Shown here: positions 1-13,765 of the stretch, one piece after another | Layout: every line of letters starts with the position of its first letter | Numbering within the stretch: the first letter of the stretch is position 1 | From: Setoptus koraiensis | Taxonomy: Eukaryota > Animalia > Arthropoda | Direction of reading: 5' to 3' | Assembly: GCA_048013815.1 (NCBI GenBank) | Contig: CM106586.1 | Location: 4,278,001 to 4,342,000, forward strand | Length of the DNA: 64,000 nt | Program-made: the position numbers and the translations under genes | Notes under the pieces: model-generated | Seen by the model: only the letters and a program-made list of their open reading frames with translations | Databases searched by the model: none | What the model was told of the DNA's origin: nothing

Positions 1-1
1 C

Positions 2-211
2 AACAACAAGCAACATAATTTGCAATTAAACAGCAACAACAACAACAACAGCAAGCAAGCCAGCCTAATCTTGCAACAACAACAACAGGCGCTAAACCAA
101 CATCAAATTGGAACAACAAAACAACAACAACAACAACAACAACACATGGAACTGGGCCGCATTATTGTCAACCGGGGACCCGATAACAACAACAAGCCCA
201 TTGAGGACTAA
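2..211 (+). CDS. Possible 3' end of a Q/N-rich low-complexity coding exon entering from outside the window
   Basis: Frame 2 is open from the window edge to TAA at 209-211 (NNKQHNLQLNSNNNNNSKQ...KPIED*). The style resembles the real low-complexity receptor exon. No homology recognised; it could be microsatellite-derived. Confidence 0.3.
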   Translation, partial: NNKQHNLQLNSNNNNNSKQASLILQQQQQALNQHQIGTTKQQQQQQQHMELGRIIVNRGPDNNNKPIED

Positions 212-300
212 TCACAAGCAGGCGGCTAATCCGTGTGGCTGGCGCGCTCACAGTGCCCAATTTTATTATACAAACATTCTAGTGGCTATCACATCCTATA

Positions 301-360
301 GCCACTAGAATATAGCCGCTAGAATATAGCCACTAGAATATAGCCACTAGAATATAGCCA
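301..360. repeat. 14-bp tandem repeat (CTAGAATATAGCCA) x4
   Basis: Read directly from the sequence. Confidence 0.9.
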
Positions 361-577
361 AGTGTGTGGATAGTGGATATAAATCGCTCATCTTATATTT
401 CTATTTTATTTATAGCAATAAAGAGAAAGAGAGCGCCCCCTTTGCTCCGTTACAAGACACGGCGCCCCATTGGTGTTGATGGGCACCAGCATGCTCGTTA
501 AATCATGGCCACTTTGCCATGTTATGTAATGACGATATTATTAAAATAATCTGATAATAAAAGTGACATTATATTGG

Positions 578-578
578 C

Positions 579-619
<41 letters not shown>

Positions 620-667
620 CGACAACAACGACAACAACAACAACAACAACGACAACAACGACAACAA
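578..667. repeat. (CAA)n microsatellite, about 30 units with CGA interruptions
   Basis: Read directly from the sequence. Confidence 0.95.
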
Positions 668-1515
668 GCGATCCAAACAATATCCTATTCACATGCACGT
701 GTGACACACATATTCACGGCAAACAACGGCATGCTGGCGACTGCCATAACTCACACAACAAACAGTGTAACCAAACTGTGTGTCGAGCGAGTGAGTGGCT
801 CAAGTCATAACACCAACTGTCGCTATAGTTAGACCGTATAGCCAGAGCTCAACATGGGGCGCACATTACGCAATGACGTAGTACGTGTAACAACGTGTTA
901 GTTAACTATCTAAACTAGCGAATGCTAGCTCTAGGTTAGGCGCCCTAAACAACGGCTAGCCAGTTGGCTATGATTGATACCGACTATCGCAAGTTGTTGC
1001 CAGCGTATTAGTGTGCAAGGTTCATTATCATCGTGATCATCAGCTATTAACTGGCTGTTGTTGCCCGATGTTGTTGCTCAACGTGGTTGCTCGTGGTGGT
1101 TGCTCGACACACAGTTGTTGCTCGATGTTGTTGCGTGAAACGAGACACTGCAACTTGCAACCAACCAGCGCCATATGTCGTGCTTGCTTGTGACCGTTAT
1201 TTAGTTATTTAGTTATTTAGCTCGCAGTTTCAAAGTTTGTTGTTGTTTCAAAGTTTGTTGTTGTTTGTCCATGTCGTTTGTTGTGTCGCTCGGTGCTTGT
1301 TTGTTTGTTCTCGCTTGTTTGTTGTTTGTTTGTTCTTGCTTGTTTGTTGTTGTTGTTGTCGTCGTCGTCGGCGCTTGTTGTTTGTGCAACAAATTAGGAC
1401 TAAAGACTCTTTTGTAAAGACTCTTCACAGAGCGAGTCGCTTGCTTCCATGGACAACTCCCCCATTGACAATTGTGAGTGACTCGAGCTAGGCGGCGCTA
1501 CAAACAGTCTTGGCC

Positions 1516-1598
1516 GGCGAGTCTCGACCGGCGAGTCTTGGCTGGCGAGTCTCGACCGGCGAGTCTTGGCTGGCGAGTCTTGGCTGGCGAGTCTTGGC
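1516..1598. repeat. 14-bp tandem repeat GGCGAGTCT(CGACC/TGGCT), about 6 copies
   Basis: Read directly; two unit variants. Confidence 0.9.
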
Positions 1599-3193
1599 GT
1601 GACAGTGCGGCCCAACAATTGTCATTTGTCGATGCAAGTCCACTCTGCTATAGAAGCATTAACAAAAAGCGCCATGTGAGCGTGAACCGTAGCGATAAAT
1701 ATCCATTGTTGTTACAGTGTTTGTATCAGCGTGAGCGGCCATTGATTTTGATTACATCACATGAGCGCTGATTGCTGGTCAGTGATGACTAGTTGACACA
1801 GTCGCTACTCGTGTGCCAGTTATATTGCCAATTTGCTTTCATTTGGCACGTGTGTGCGTCATAATTTGTAACTAACACTAATTACCGCGCAACCGAAAAA
1901 GTACCAATAATTGATGATTGTTCATCATACAAATCATCATATAATCGTATATCATATCATTTGCTTTATGGGGCACGTAAACAGCAATATAAAAGAGCAG
2001 AATACGTTGCCAGAGAATTGAAATGAAATAAAAAATATCAAGATACCGATATCGAGCGTTCACCTGGCGGCCATGCTCAAAACTACTGCTACGTGTTCCA
2101 CAAAACAACCGTTACGTGCAATGACGAGCGATGACACGGCTGCATTTGTGTGCAAACGTCATCATTGTACGGCAAGTCGTTTTGCTCAAGCGAGCGTCGT
2201 TTTGTCGGCTCACAAATGACGAGTGGGGCGCAACATTAAGCCAACATCAACATCGAGAGCGAGACGAGCCAAAAAGCGACAAGAACAAAAACAAAACCGT
2301 GCCGCTGGCCAGCTACCTGTGCAACATACACGCGGCACAGTGTGATATATGGCATCACTGTGCCGCGTATATGTGTGAGTGTAAACACGCACAGGCACGC
2401 GCACGCAGCTTGCGCCTAGCGGTATTGGCGGCAAGCTAAACTGGCAAGCTAGCTTTTGGTGGCTGGCAAATAAAGTTGCACGCTTCATCTATCTCGAGGC
2501 TCGAGGCTGGCGCGCCCGACGCAAGATTGCGCCCCAATAGACGGCGGCACGCGAGCTGCGGGGCCCATCATCGATCATGATATCAGTGGACGGGTCAGCG
2601 TTGCTTTGTGGTCATCATTGTCAAAAATGATCATCATTTGTTTGGCCGCGCTGCGTTTCTGGGCTTTGCCGGCGCTACTTGCAGTCTGTCTGCGGTGCAT
2701 CGGCGGTGCATCGGACAGCCAGCTCGCTGGCAGTTGCAGTCGCGGCAACAACCGCCACAACAACTGCAACAGCAGCAACTGCGACGACAACAACTGCAAC
2801 AGCAACGGCAACAGCAACAACAAGAAGCGCCCCCTCTCTTTGTGCGCCAGCCAGCCGATATTGGCTTGCGGCGCGCTCATTCAATTGGCCGAGATTCGCA
2901 CAGGTGAGCTCGCTCGCTCGCTGGGTGTGTGTGTGTCGAATTTGCGAGGCCATCAATTCGCAACGGTAAGTAATTTTTTTATTTAGCGGGCTCTTTTTCT
3001 GTTTTCATCTCGCTGGCAACAATTTTATCAACAATCGCACTGAATGGTGTTCCTTGTGAATGGCGAGTGGCAGTGAAATATATTCACCAAATAACGCAAC
3101 GCTCGCTTTCAAATGAATTCGCGGGCTCGCGGCAGGAAGGGGGCGCCCGCGATAGAGCCAACTTGTACCAGCTTAATGATAATAATAATAACG

Positions 3194-3194
<1 letters not shown>

Positions 3195-3234
<40 letters not shown>
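3195..3234. repeat. (GCC)n microsatellite, about 13 units
   Basis: Read directly from the sequence. Confidence 0.95.
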
Positions 3235-4577
3235 TATCAGATTATCTAGCCAGCCAGCCAGCCAGCCAGCCAGTGAGCCAGCCAGCCAGCGGTGCGAGAT
3301 AGCCGTGGCAAGCCAGGCACGGCGAGCGAGCCAGCTGAAAAGCTAGGCACGGCAGCGCACAGATAGATGAAAAGCTTGCGCTAATAGATGGGACGGGATA
3401 GGATAGGCGACGTTACGTAATAGGGCATGGGATACGTAATCATTCATCAAACGCACACAACAAACATATCATGCAGGCGGCAATAATGCAGCCAGTAATG
3501 ATACCTTTGCTGCTATCGTCGCTTGTGTCGCTTGTGTCGCTTGTGTCGTATTCCAACAACACTGAGCAGCGCCAACAACAGTAGCGACGGAGCTTATGAA
3601 AATTAACAGTTGCACACGCCGAGTGCAGTCGCCAGGGTCGCTGGCGTCGTTAGAGTGGGTGCAGTCGCGAACGTCGCTATAGTCGCTAGAGTCGCTATGT
3701 CGCCATGGTCGCAATAGTGCCGATATATTGTATATACTATATTGTGTGGCAGCCTAGAGAGAGAGATAAAACTAGTGGTGTGTGTCGCTCGTTTAGACGA
3801 GGCCCACATTGAGCCCGGTGAGCGGGCGGGCGAGCGAGCTGCTGTGATGAAGAATTAAAATGAAATAGAGAGTAGTAATAATAAATAAATAGACAGTGAG
3901 TGCGTTTTTTAATGAAGTTAGCCCGTGCAAAATTACTTTGTCGACTGGCAGTACAACTGTATAGTTATATTAACTATATAGTTAATTATAAATCAAGTTT
4001 ATCTAGCAGGCAGGACAACTTTGTTGCCAGTTGGCGCTGCTGTCTTGATTCGCTCAATCTACTCTATTTAGTCGATTTGCTTTTCGCCCTCATTGACGAA
4101 CCTTGCTGGCATCACCGCACAACACAACTACAACTAACTATATACTGCAATATATTTATTTTTATATTTGTATCTGTAGTGTGTTGGCTAGATAAATGCG
4201 ATCTTTGTATATCTGCGTATATATCGCCCCTGCAATATATATTTGCAAGCAGCAAATATATCACATAAAGACGACGAATATAGTTGCAGCGATAATAGCG
4301 GGCCCGGCAGAGTAATAATAACAGTAATAATAACGCAGACATACAGATAAAGTGACGACTACGGCGACAGCGTCACGACTACTGGCAATCATCGAATGTC
4401 GCAACATGAGCACAACAGCGCCAATCAGGCTGCTCCCAAAACAAGCTGCCAACTTATTTATGTAACATCATTTTTTTTTGTATTTTTATCTTCTTTTCAA
4501 TGCTAATTAAGCCAACAAATGATGCGTACTGTTATGTGTGCGATATGGTGATAAACTCCAAGAGTTCTCGCTGCCGA

Positions 4578-4604
4578 TGTTGCTGTTGTTGTTGTTGCTG
4601 TTGT

Positions 4605-4636
<32 letters not shown>

Positions 4637-4694
4637 TTGCTGTTGTTGCTGTTGCTGTTGCTGTTGTTGTTGTTGCTGTTGTTGTTGTTGTTGC
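4578..4694. repeat. (TGT/TGC)n microsatellite, about 39 units
   Basis: Read directly from the sequence. Confidence 0.95.
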
Positions 4695-5234
4695 CGCTGT
4701 GCGCTCAACAATAATGTTGCCAACTAGTTCGTTTGTTAGCTAGCTTGTTACATCACGAGATTAGAGGGCATTAGACACGAGAGCAAATCAATAGAAATGG
4801 GTCATGTACAAGGTGGCAGCGCAAGTGGTCAGCGGCGGCTATCACGAGGCGCTGCAATGATTAAATGAAATCTTTGATTTCATTAGAGAGAGTTGCTCCA
4901 GTGATCGCTCCTTGTCGCTATAGCTGGCTTTGCAACTGTGTTTATTATTGCTGGCGATTAGGCTTGACAAAAGGTCGCACCCGATCCGGCCTAAATATGC
5001 CAGCTATGCGCAATACTTGCTGTTGCAACTAATCAACTAAACAACAACTGGCTGTCCGACTAAAGCGCCAGCTGCCAATATTATATAAACTGGCTGGCTG
5101 GCTGGCTGGGCCCATTTTGTGTAACAATACAAGTGCTAGTTAGCTTCGATTACATCTAATTTCTTTAATACGCACACACAAAAGACATAGAGAGCCACTC
5201 AACTGGCACCAGGGCTACTAGTGGAATGGGGCCG

Positions 5235-5287
5235 CTCGGTGGGTCGACTAGCTCGGTGGGTCGACTAGCTTTGTGGGTCGACTAGCT
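5235..5287. repeat. 17-bp tandem repeat (TCGGTGGGTCGACTAGC) x3
   Basis: Read directly from the sequence. Confidence 0.85.
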
Positions 5288-7821
5288 GGACGTGGCCCAT
5301 CGCTAACGCGCGCTAAATTGGCCCAATCCGGCCCGGCGCTATCTAGGTGCCTGTCGATTGGCTGTTTGGGCCGCGCTAAACTCACTACATCTACAACGCG
5401 GGATCATTAGGTGGCATAGATAGAAAAAGAAACAAGGTAAGCATAGGTGCCAGCAACGTCACGCTGTTACGTCACCGGCGTGGTGTCGCCCTTATTTTCG
5501 TGTAACTGGCTGTGTCTGGCTGCGCTGACAGAGTTTTGTCGTAGCCGAGAGCAGCCCTACAAGGGTGCTATCTATATTGTGTATGTACTGTTGTTGGTTA
5601 TATTGGCGCCAGTACACAAAAGTGCACACAAACGGCACCATGACAGCGCGTCCATGTTAATGGGGCCAAAATTGCATTGATGCATTGACAAAATGCATCG
5701 CTGGGGCCCCGCTACCTGGTCGTCCAAGTTGCTGCTTGGTGCTGTTGTGACTGGTCTAGTGGTGATGCCATCTCGTAGTAAATAGTTGCCATAGTTCACA
5801 AGCGAGCCAGCTAGCGACTGGCTGAACACAACAAGCAAATAAACAGACAGATAGACAAGGCAGCAGGAAAAAAAGAGATAGTGATTACTGGCGGTGATTG
5901 ATACTGTCCTAGTACAACTGCCACTCACATACCATTACTGAGATCATTTAATTTTGTAGTGCAAAATAAATCCACGTTTGATTTCTATTGATTTCAGCTA
6001 GATTCTTTTTGCTGCAACAACTGCCATTGACACACACACACACACACACAACTGGCGCCGATAAGCCCGCTTTGCCAGAGACAGCTTTTGCCAATTTTGC
6101 TGATGCTGCTGCTGGCGACAAGCCTGTCGAAGCAAATATTTTTGCGCCACTATTTATATGTTTTATCTGTAAGCTAACTATTTTGTTTTCGTTAGCCCAC
6201 TTCCTTCCCTCGGGCTCTTTGTCGACATATGGCGAGCGCCTATAGCGAATGTTGCAAAAGAAATTGGCATTACATCAGTGTTTGTGTTCCTCTAGTCGTA
6301 CAACTACTCTCCTCCACTGCTACTCGTTACCTGTACTCCGAACAGGTAACAGGTCCACGCGAACACGACGACGACGACACACACACGGACGCACCAGTGG
6401 CTTATTTGTCATCCGACAACAAACCAGACAGCGCGTTAGTGGTGTTCATAATATCACATATATCTCCGCAAACGCACACAAGCCCGTTATGTAACAAGAC
6501 AGACAGAGAGAAACAAGTTGTCTCGTGAGAACAACAACAACGACAAAATAAGGGATAATAAATACACACAAATGACCGGCCCACGATATCTTTGGGGCGC
6601 TTTTTTAAAGCCCCATCCTGGCTTATGAGAGAAACGTCTACTCTAGCCAGTTATCTCCGGCCTAATGTGCCTGACATATTGTATAAACACAGTTGCGGCA
6701 ATGTAGCCACTATAAACCTGTCTCCTTGCACGACCAAAATAAGTAGTGGCCGCCTGTTTTGCCACGAGCAACTAATCTAGTTTTATGTTGTTGTCGCTGC
6801 TGCTGCTACTGCTAGTACCATTGTTATTATTGTGGCGTAGGCGCTGGCCAAGTGTCATTGAATATGCAGCCACATACTATCATTGACATTATTAAGTCTC
6901 AGTTTTAAACATCAGCCACTGCAAGCGCTGGCAAGATATTCAACGCCACGAGGATTAACAGTCGATAGCTGGCGATAGTCTAGACGAATAGAGGACTAAA
7001 AGTTAGAAATTACCATTAGTTTGATGGCATCGATTTGTGCACTAATCTCTAAATCCTCTTCACCACCCCATAATGTCGAGCAATAGTCATCGAGAACTTG
7101 TCGAGTGAAACAACTGCCAATGGCAACTATGATTGCACAAATTGCCCAGCGAGCTAGTGTGCTGGAGTCTCTGGTTTTAGTGGAGCAGTTTTTCCACATG
7201 CAATTTCGCCAGCATTCCGTTGGTTTAATCAAAGTCCTTGGCGATGGCGTGTAGCAAGACAAGCGGAGCGTAATGGACTGATTTGCAAGGCTTGTGCTAT
7301 GGCAATTGTTGCATATCATTAACAAGTTATAGTTAGGGCCCACAGTCAATTTGATCTGACTAAAGTTGAGAAAGTATGCAAATGAATATGGTAATGTTTT
7401 TAAAGCTAAAATAAGCCAAAATTCCTTTGCATTTGCCTAATCAATGAAATATGAACGGCAATACACGAGTTATAGTCAAGAGGTCACCTTGCTGTGTCGT
7501 CGCAATTAGCATATGAACACTGCACGCATTGGAAGAAACAGCCGCCTGTCGATGTGAAGTGTCTGCTTAGTATTGGGGCCAATAATGAAAGTTCAACAAA
7601 GCTAAATTCTATGAAACAACTTGCTGACTTGGTTGTATAACCAAGATAATTCCAATTAGACCTACATCGATGTCACGCCCTATTAATTTTGTCTCTCTCT
7701 CTCTCTCTCTCTCTCTCGCTCATTCTTATCGGTTCGAGTGAAAAGGCTGCTTTTTGTGAGGGCCTCTCACAATCGGCAACAAGATGCTCATAGTAGATGT
7801 TTATGTATATTGTCTACTCAC

Positions 7822-8984
7822 CCTTTAAGAAGCTTATACAGCATGCACCCCAGAGAGAACCAATCTGCGCTACTGTCGTAAGATTGTCCTTTTGAGAGCA
7901 CTTCGGGGGCCATGTATCCGTGCGTGCCCACGGAGGCTTGAGGTCTTTTTTTGCTAAAGTCACAGGCGAGTCCTAAATCTGATATTCTTGTATGTCCATT
8001 TTCGTCTAATAATATATTTGCTGGCTTGAGATCACGATAGACAACAAATCTGTTATGCATATGCTCTAGGCCTAATATGACTTCTGCGGCATAAAATCTC
8101 ATATCTGATTCACAAAATACTCCATGCTGAGACAGGTGATAATGTAAATCGCCTCCGTTCATAAGATCTAAAACGAAATATAATTTCTCTGGTGTTTGAA
8201 AAGCGTATGTCATGTTGACAATAAATGGACAATCTTCGCCTGTGGATACTAAGCTAAGCATTATGCGTTCATTTAAAGCTAACATTTCTCCCTGTTTCAT
8301 TTTGATCCTTTTTTTATCTAAACATTTCATTGCATACATTTTGCCTGTGTCGGCCTTCCTGCAGCCGTACACTTCGCCGAAGCCGCCCCGGCCTATGATT
8401 CGATGGACACTAAAATCGTTCATGGTTAATTGTATATTAAGTTCTAAATTTTTCCATTGACAAAATCTAGTATATTTATCACTGGCTAGAAATTTGTCAT
8501 AAACAAATTCTCTCAATATAAAATAGATTTCATCAATATAGGGCTGAAATAGTGATGTCGGCACTTCCTTTTTGCCGAGATGATTTAAAACGTAATCAAC
8601 GGCGCCCTTTGAGTAACGATGGGTCTGGCCTAATAGTTCGCCCATGATGTATGTATCATAAATTTCTTTGGCAGCTAAATTGCGTTCTTCTGGCGTTTCC
8701 AATCGCTCGTATTTTCTAATTTCTTCAAAGAAATACAATTGCGGCACTGGCTCTCCGTGGACTGTCTCGCAATATTCCTTGAACAATAGATAGCCTAATT
8801 TTTGATGAAAGATTTTCTCGAATGACACCTCGTCGTTTTTTTCCATGTATTTGTGCATGACACTGCGAACACTTGGATCGGGCAAAACAATCTTCTTAGA
8901 GGCCCTGGCCGCTGGTGTTGATTTGGATTTTTCCATGGCCATCAAATAGGAGACGTCGGCCAGCACGGCTTCCAGGTCTGCCAT
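7822..8984 (-). CDS. Gprk1: G protein-coupled receptor kinase of the GRK2/3 (beta-ARK, Gprk1) subfamily; first coding exon only (aa 1-388: N-helix, RH/RGS domain, most of the kinase domain)
   Basis: Invariant start [19 protein letters not shown]; motifs [25 protein letters not shown] and GTHGYMAPE. The frame ends at YKLLKG with a phase-2 donor AAA GG|GTGAGT at 7822/7821. The expected next exon (HSPFRQHKTKDK...) was not found in 1-7800. Confidence 0.96.
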
Positions 8985-11900
8985 TTTGAGCTATATCTCT
9001 CTATCTGTCTTGTGTAATTTGTAGTCTTGTTTGGTGTCGTCTGAGCGTTTGAGCAATTTCGATTTGCCCCGTCGGTGAAGCTGTAGCGCTGATTCAAAAG
9101 CAATGTGTTCAAATGGTGACACTCAAACTACATTTGACTAGATACTGATGGGATAATACGACGACGATGACGATGATGATGATGCTGATGATGATGAAAT
9201 TGTTGTTTGATGGATATTTTACACTACAAAATCAACACAAAATCTCTCTACTGCTAGCTTGTCGAGTCGACCCGAAAGCAACACACAAAAATCAAAACAA
9301 CAAAAACAAAATTACTGCTGACTCTCTCTCTCTCTCTATCTCTCGCTAGCTCACACAAACTGTGCTATATACAATCCCTTTTTTGTGCCCTCTGTGCCAT
9401 CAAGTCCTACAGCCCGTGCGTCTCTCCATCACCCTATCGAGCGTGTGTGTGTGCGTGTGCGCGCGCGTTTACGTGCGTGCTGATGTATGCTCGCGTGTGC
9501 TTGCTCGTATCGTGCCAATGTGCGCTGCTGCTGCTGGCGTGTGCCCGTTTGCGTTTGCGCGTAGTTGTTGTATACTATCACGCGCGTTATGTTATTAACG
9601 CATGCTGCAACAGCAGCACCAGCACCATTGATGCACTGCACTGCACTGCACTGTGAAAATCTAGCGCCAGTTTTGTCCGCCTGGCGGCGTTCCTGATTCA
9701 GCCACAATAGCGTGCAGCTATCGGCGCACCGGAATAATGGGGCCTTTCCTCATGGCAGGGCCCCCCATTATTCCGTCGCAATAACGCCACCAACAATCCA
9801 CATCCTCAGTCCGGGTTACCTGATCCAAATTCATAGCCAGGCTCGCTATGCAATTTTGCCTTGCTTGACATTTCTGTCATTTCTTGGTGGTGGCCGCTTT
9901 TTGGCTCTGTTGTCATTATTATTTTTTGTGTAGTCAAACGATAGTGCCTAGGACAATTTCGACAGTGGCACTAATTTGCGACTGGCACACGAAACAAGCG
10001 CGATATTGTTTCCGTTGGCCGCAGTAAAGTTTGCCTCGGACTATCACGTCTACTGTACACTTTTCACCCATTTGACACCACCGACACTACCGACAATTAC
10101 GCAATACGTGGCCGTATACGTATGCTGGCGATAAGATGCACAAGATAAGATACAATACCGGCCAATGTGTACTAGAGATATTGACGCTCGAAACGGGTAT
10201 CGGGCTCGCTTGGTGAAAACAACCGTCTTGCTGGTTGTTGTTTGGTGCCGTTGTGAACCGTGTCTCGATGTGCGTCTCAATCAGATATCATTTCAAGTCC
10301 GATCGGATCGTGCCCACGTCAAACAACAACAACAACAGCAATCGCACTCAAGTGACTGTCACGTTTTTAAGTCGCCAGCTGGGGCCTAAAACAAATATGT
10401 CACCAACATATATATTGGCGCCGAGGCCAACAAGACGACAACCACCACTACAACGACAGCCACAACAAACATTTAGACCACTCCACTTACAGCCGCAGGC
10501 ATTGCTCGTGTAACGTATGTGGGCGTACGACACTCGATATGTCTGGTGCCGTTGGTATCGTTTGGCGAGCTGCTCGCTTTGTGTCGTACATTCTTTTACT
10601 TTATTTTACATTATATTACGTTATGTTGGCTGCTCGCCAATCTAATCACTAGCACCGTTGCATTCAATGTTGCTGGCGTCTGGTCTGGTCTGTCGCTGGA
10701 CGGCAACGCTGACCGCGTTCGTGTCCAACATACAAATATTCAAATGTGTGTGTCGGCCAGCGATGACGGGCCCCAGTTGTTGATATTCATCCGTCTCACA
10801 CAATTTCATCCACACGCACACACGCTGGCAGACAATTCAAGTTGCGCACAATCCGGTGTGCGATTTTGCTGGCCGGCCGGCCGGGCACGATTGGCTACAA
10901 ATGGGCGCACTCTAATGATCGCTGCCAGTGCGCCAAATCAAACTGACCAAACCGAGCTCGTCCAATCCAATCCGATCCAGTCCAACGCAACCAGCCAAAC
11001 CGAACCAAACGAAACCGAACAACAACAAAGGAGCGAGTTGTCCACTGGATAGACTGCCCGCGCAAGGCCATAGAGAGACAGAGAGAGAGAGGCTCGAAAG
11101 AAAAAAAATTATGCCACGATAATGATCATTCACACCTATTGGTTGCGCTGGGAGCTCATCGTGTACGGGGCCCTCACTGACCCCGAAGGGATCGAGGCGC
11201 CGGTTTTATGGGCGCCACTTTACGGCCTCTACGATGGCGTTTTGTTTCATGGCGTGCCGTTTTATGCCCCCTCTAACCGTTATTTCTGGCGAGACCTCGT
11301 ATAGTTCAACACTGGCTGCTAACTGCCAACTGCTAAGCGCGCCAGCTGGCCGGCTGGCCAGCATTTTGGCCCGTGCACTTGGGCCATTGTGCGAGTTGGC
11401 TTGGGCTGGCTCGAGTTGGCGAGCTGTGCCGCCGACGTGTTGGCCGGCCGTGAACGGACGCAACTAGGCCGAAAGAAAGTTGCATCGTTAGAGCGACGGA
11501 CCGTTAGAGAGCGAGCTACACAGTGAAAGAGCGAGCGACAGGGCCAAAAGTTAATGCTGGCCGTTTGTATGAATATTTATTATCATATGATGGTCAGCGG
11601 CTCATGCAACAACTACCTACGGCACGAGCATTTAGTTGTGCAAATAAATTAGTACTTCAACAGGCGCATAGAGCCCCTGAAGTATTATTACCTGTGCCTA
11701 CAATGCGCCCTGCAACAACAATGGCAACAACCACAAGGCCGACACTGTTGTTGCGGCTAGTCGCTCAAGTTGTTGTTGTTGCTGTTGTTGTTGTTGTTGC
11801 TGTTGTTGCTGTCGCCGTTGTTGCCGTTGTTGTTGCTGTTGAGTCTGTGCCGGCGGTGTCTTGGTTAGTGGGCCACTCGCGCAATAAACCGGACCAAACG

Positions 11901-13724
11901 AAGAAAAGTACACTTGAATACAAATTGCAATACTGCGCGCGATATACATATTGTTATGCAGAGTTGCCGTTGTTGCAGCTTAGCGGCAACAACGCCAACG
12001 AAACAATAACAGTTATAAAACTGGCGGGGGACGGCACGATAAAACTAGCACTGAACAGGTTTACACAAAAGTGGTGCCGTTGTTGCGCAATATATATGTG
12101 CCTCGCAGTGCATTAGCATAAGTAACCATACAGCACGCGACCCACCGACCGACAACAGCGCCAGCGCCAACAACAACGCAAACAACAATACCAATAATCT
12201 GGCGACTATGCGGACTGACTCACTGATAGATGGATAGATAAATAGCTGGATGTAGTCGTCGCTTTGGGGGCCGACATGACGACTTAGCGGAGCGGAAAGT
12301 GCGCATGCATATCATCTACTCGCTCTCTCTCTCTCTCTCTGCATCTCTCAAATTGTATGTGGGCACGGATGATCCAAGATGATCTAGCCACTGAGTGCCA
12401 GCCGCACCGAGGGCCGCACCGAGGGCCGCGCCGAGAGCGGCGCGGAGAGCGGCGCTGGCGGGCGGCCAGACTGAGACTGAGTGAGCGAGCCCCAGAGAAA
12501 CAGTTTATTTGTGCACTATGATACTCGCAATACTCTCAATATTGCCGGCCAGATATCTCTCAACTTTGCTGGCTGCGCATCTCGCCGGGCCGCTTATGTT
12601 TGTGTGCATGGCCTTGCCGTGTTGTCGCGGCACTCCGACGCTCGCAGCCGCCATCCAGCGGCAAGCAGCCGAGCCGAGAGACGGAGCCCCCATTAGAATT
12701 GATACAAATTGTTGTTGCCCGCACTGCTCACGCTATCGCCGGCGGTAGCTGATGGCAAGCTGGCGAGCTGGCTGCCGTCAGCCGCCGCGGCGCCCCCACG
12801 CCGCAGCGCCGAGCCGAGCCATCAAGCTGGGCGAGCTCGTTGAGTGTCGCCGCGGCGCTGCCAAGATGCAGCTCGGCTCACGGTGTTAGGGGCGCAGTTC
12901 GGGGGCGCCAGCGCATAAATGAGCATATCAGAGCACTTTCGTTTTCTTCTTGTTCGCCGCCCGAATCCGCTGCCGCGCTCATTCGTCATGATTGCCCGTC
13001 ATCCCGCCGCCCTTATGCGCACTCGAAATTGCAGCGAACGGCGTATATGTATGCAAAACAAGCGCCACTACCCTGCTGATTTATACATCTTGATACCCAT
13101 ACATTTATACACACATAACAAATATATATGTGTGTGTGTACGTTTGCAGTAACAAGCGTCGGCTCGAAATTGGGGCGCCTGCGCCCACCGGCGACAGCTC
13201 GAGATAAGCTCGGCGCGTCTCGCGCGGTCTCGGCCGCGTCTCGCGCGGTTTCGGCCGCGTCTTGGCGGCGGCATCGGCATCCGCGCCCGGCGCATTGATG
13301 GCTGCCGGCCAACGGCCCGATGGCGCCCCAATGATGTGGCGCGATAATGTTGTAAAATAAGCTTGATTAGAGGCGCGGCTTGGCGCGCCTGGCCAGAGCC
13401 AGTTTGGCCAGCTTGGCACCGGCGTGTCATGTACGGTGCAACGGTGCACGGTTACGCAACGACGCGGCCTTTGTGTGGCCAGCGCACAGGTAACGGTCAG
13501 CAAACAAAGGCTGTCCAGTAAAACGGGCGCGCCAGAGTGGGCCGGAGTGTGGCTGTTTGTTGTCGTTGTCGACAATGGGCGTTCGCGAGCTCCCCCTATC
13601 TCACAACGTTGTCAGTGAGCAACGCCGTTGAAACGCCGTTGAATGGCGCCTATCGCCCATTGTCTCACAACATACCATTACATGCAACATACTATTACAC
13701 ACTCACACTCGTACTCACACACAC

Positions 13725-13765
13725 TTACGTAACACCACACGCTTACGTAACGCTCGCTTACGTAA
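13725..13765. promoter_or_regulatory. Cluster of three TTACGTAA (PAR-bZIP/E4BP4 D-box) sites, with a fourth at 13908
   Basis: Exact palindromic octamers at 13725, 13743, 13758 and 13908, separated by non-repeated spacers. Function is inferred. Confidence 0.45.

Noticed and set aside
2985-3056. GTPF...KI on the minus strand as the next GRK exon
   Set aside because: There is no AG acceptor in the required phase and no match to the conserved HSPFRQHK.
5939-5948. TGAGATCATT, the 5' end of bantam
   Set aside because: Only 10 nt match and there is no hairpin partner.
7731-7739. GGTTCGAGT, a tRNA T-loop/B-box word
   Set aside because: No cloverleaf or A-box around it.
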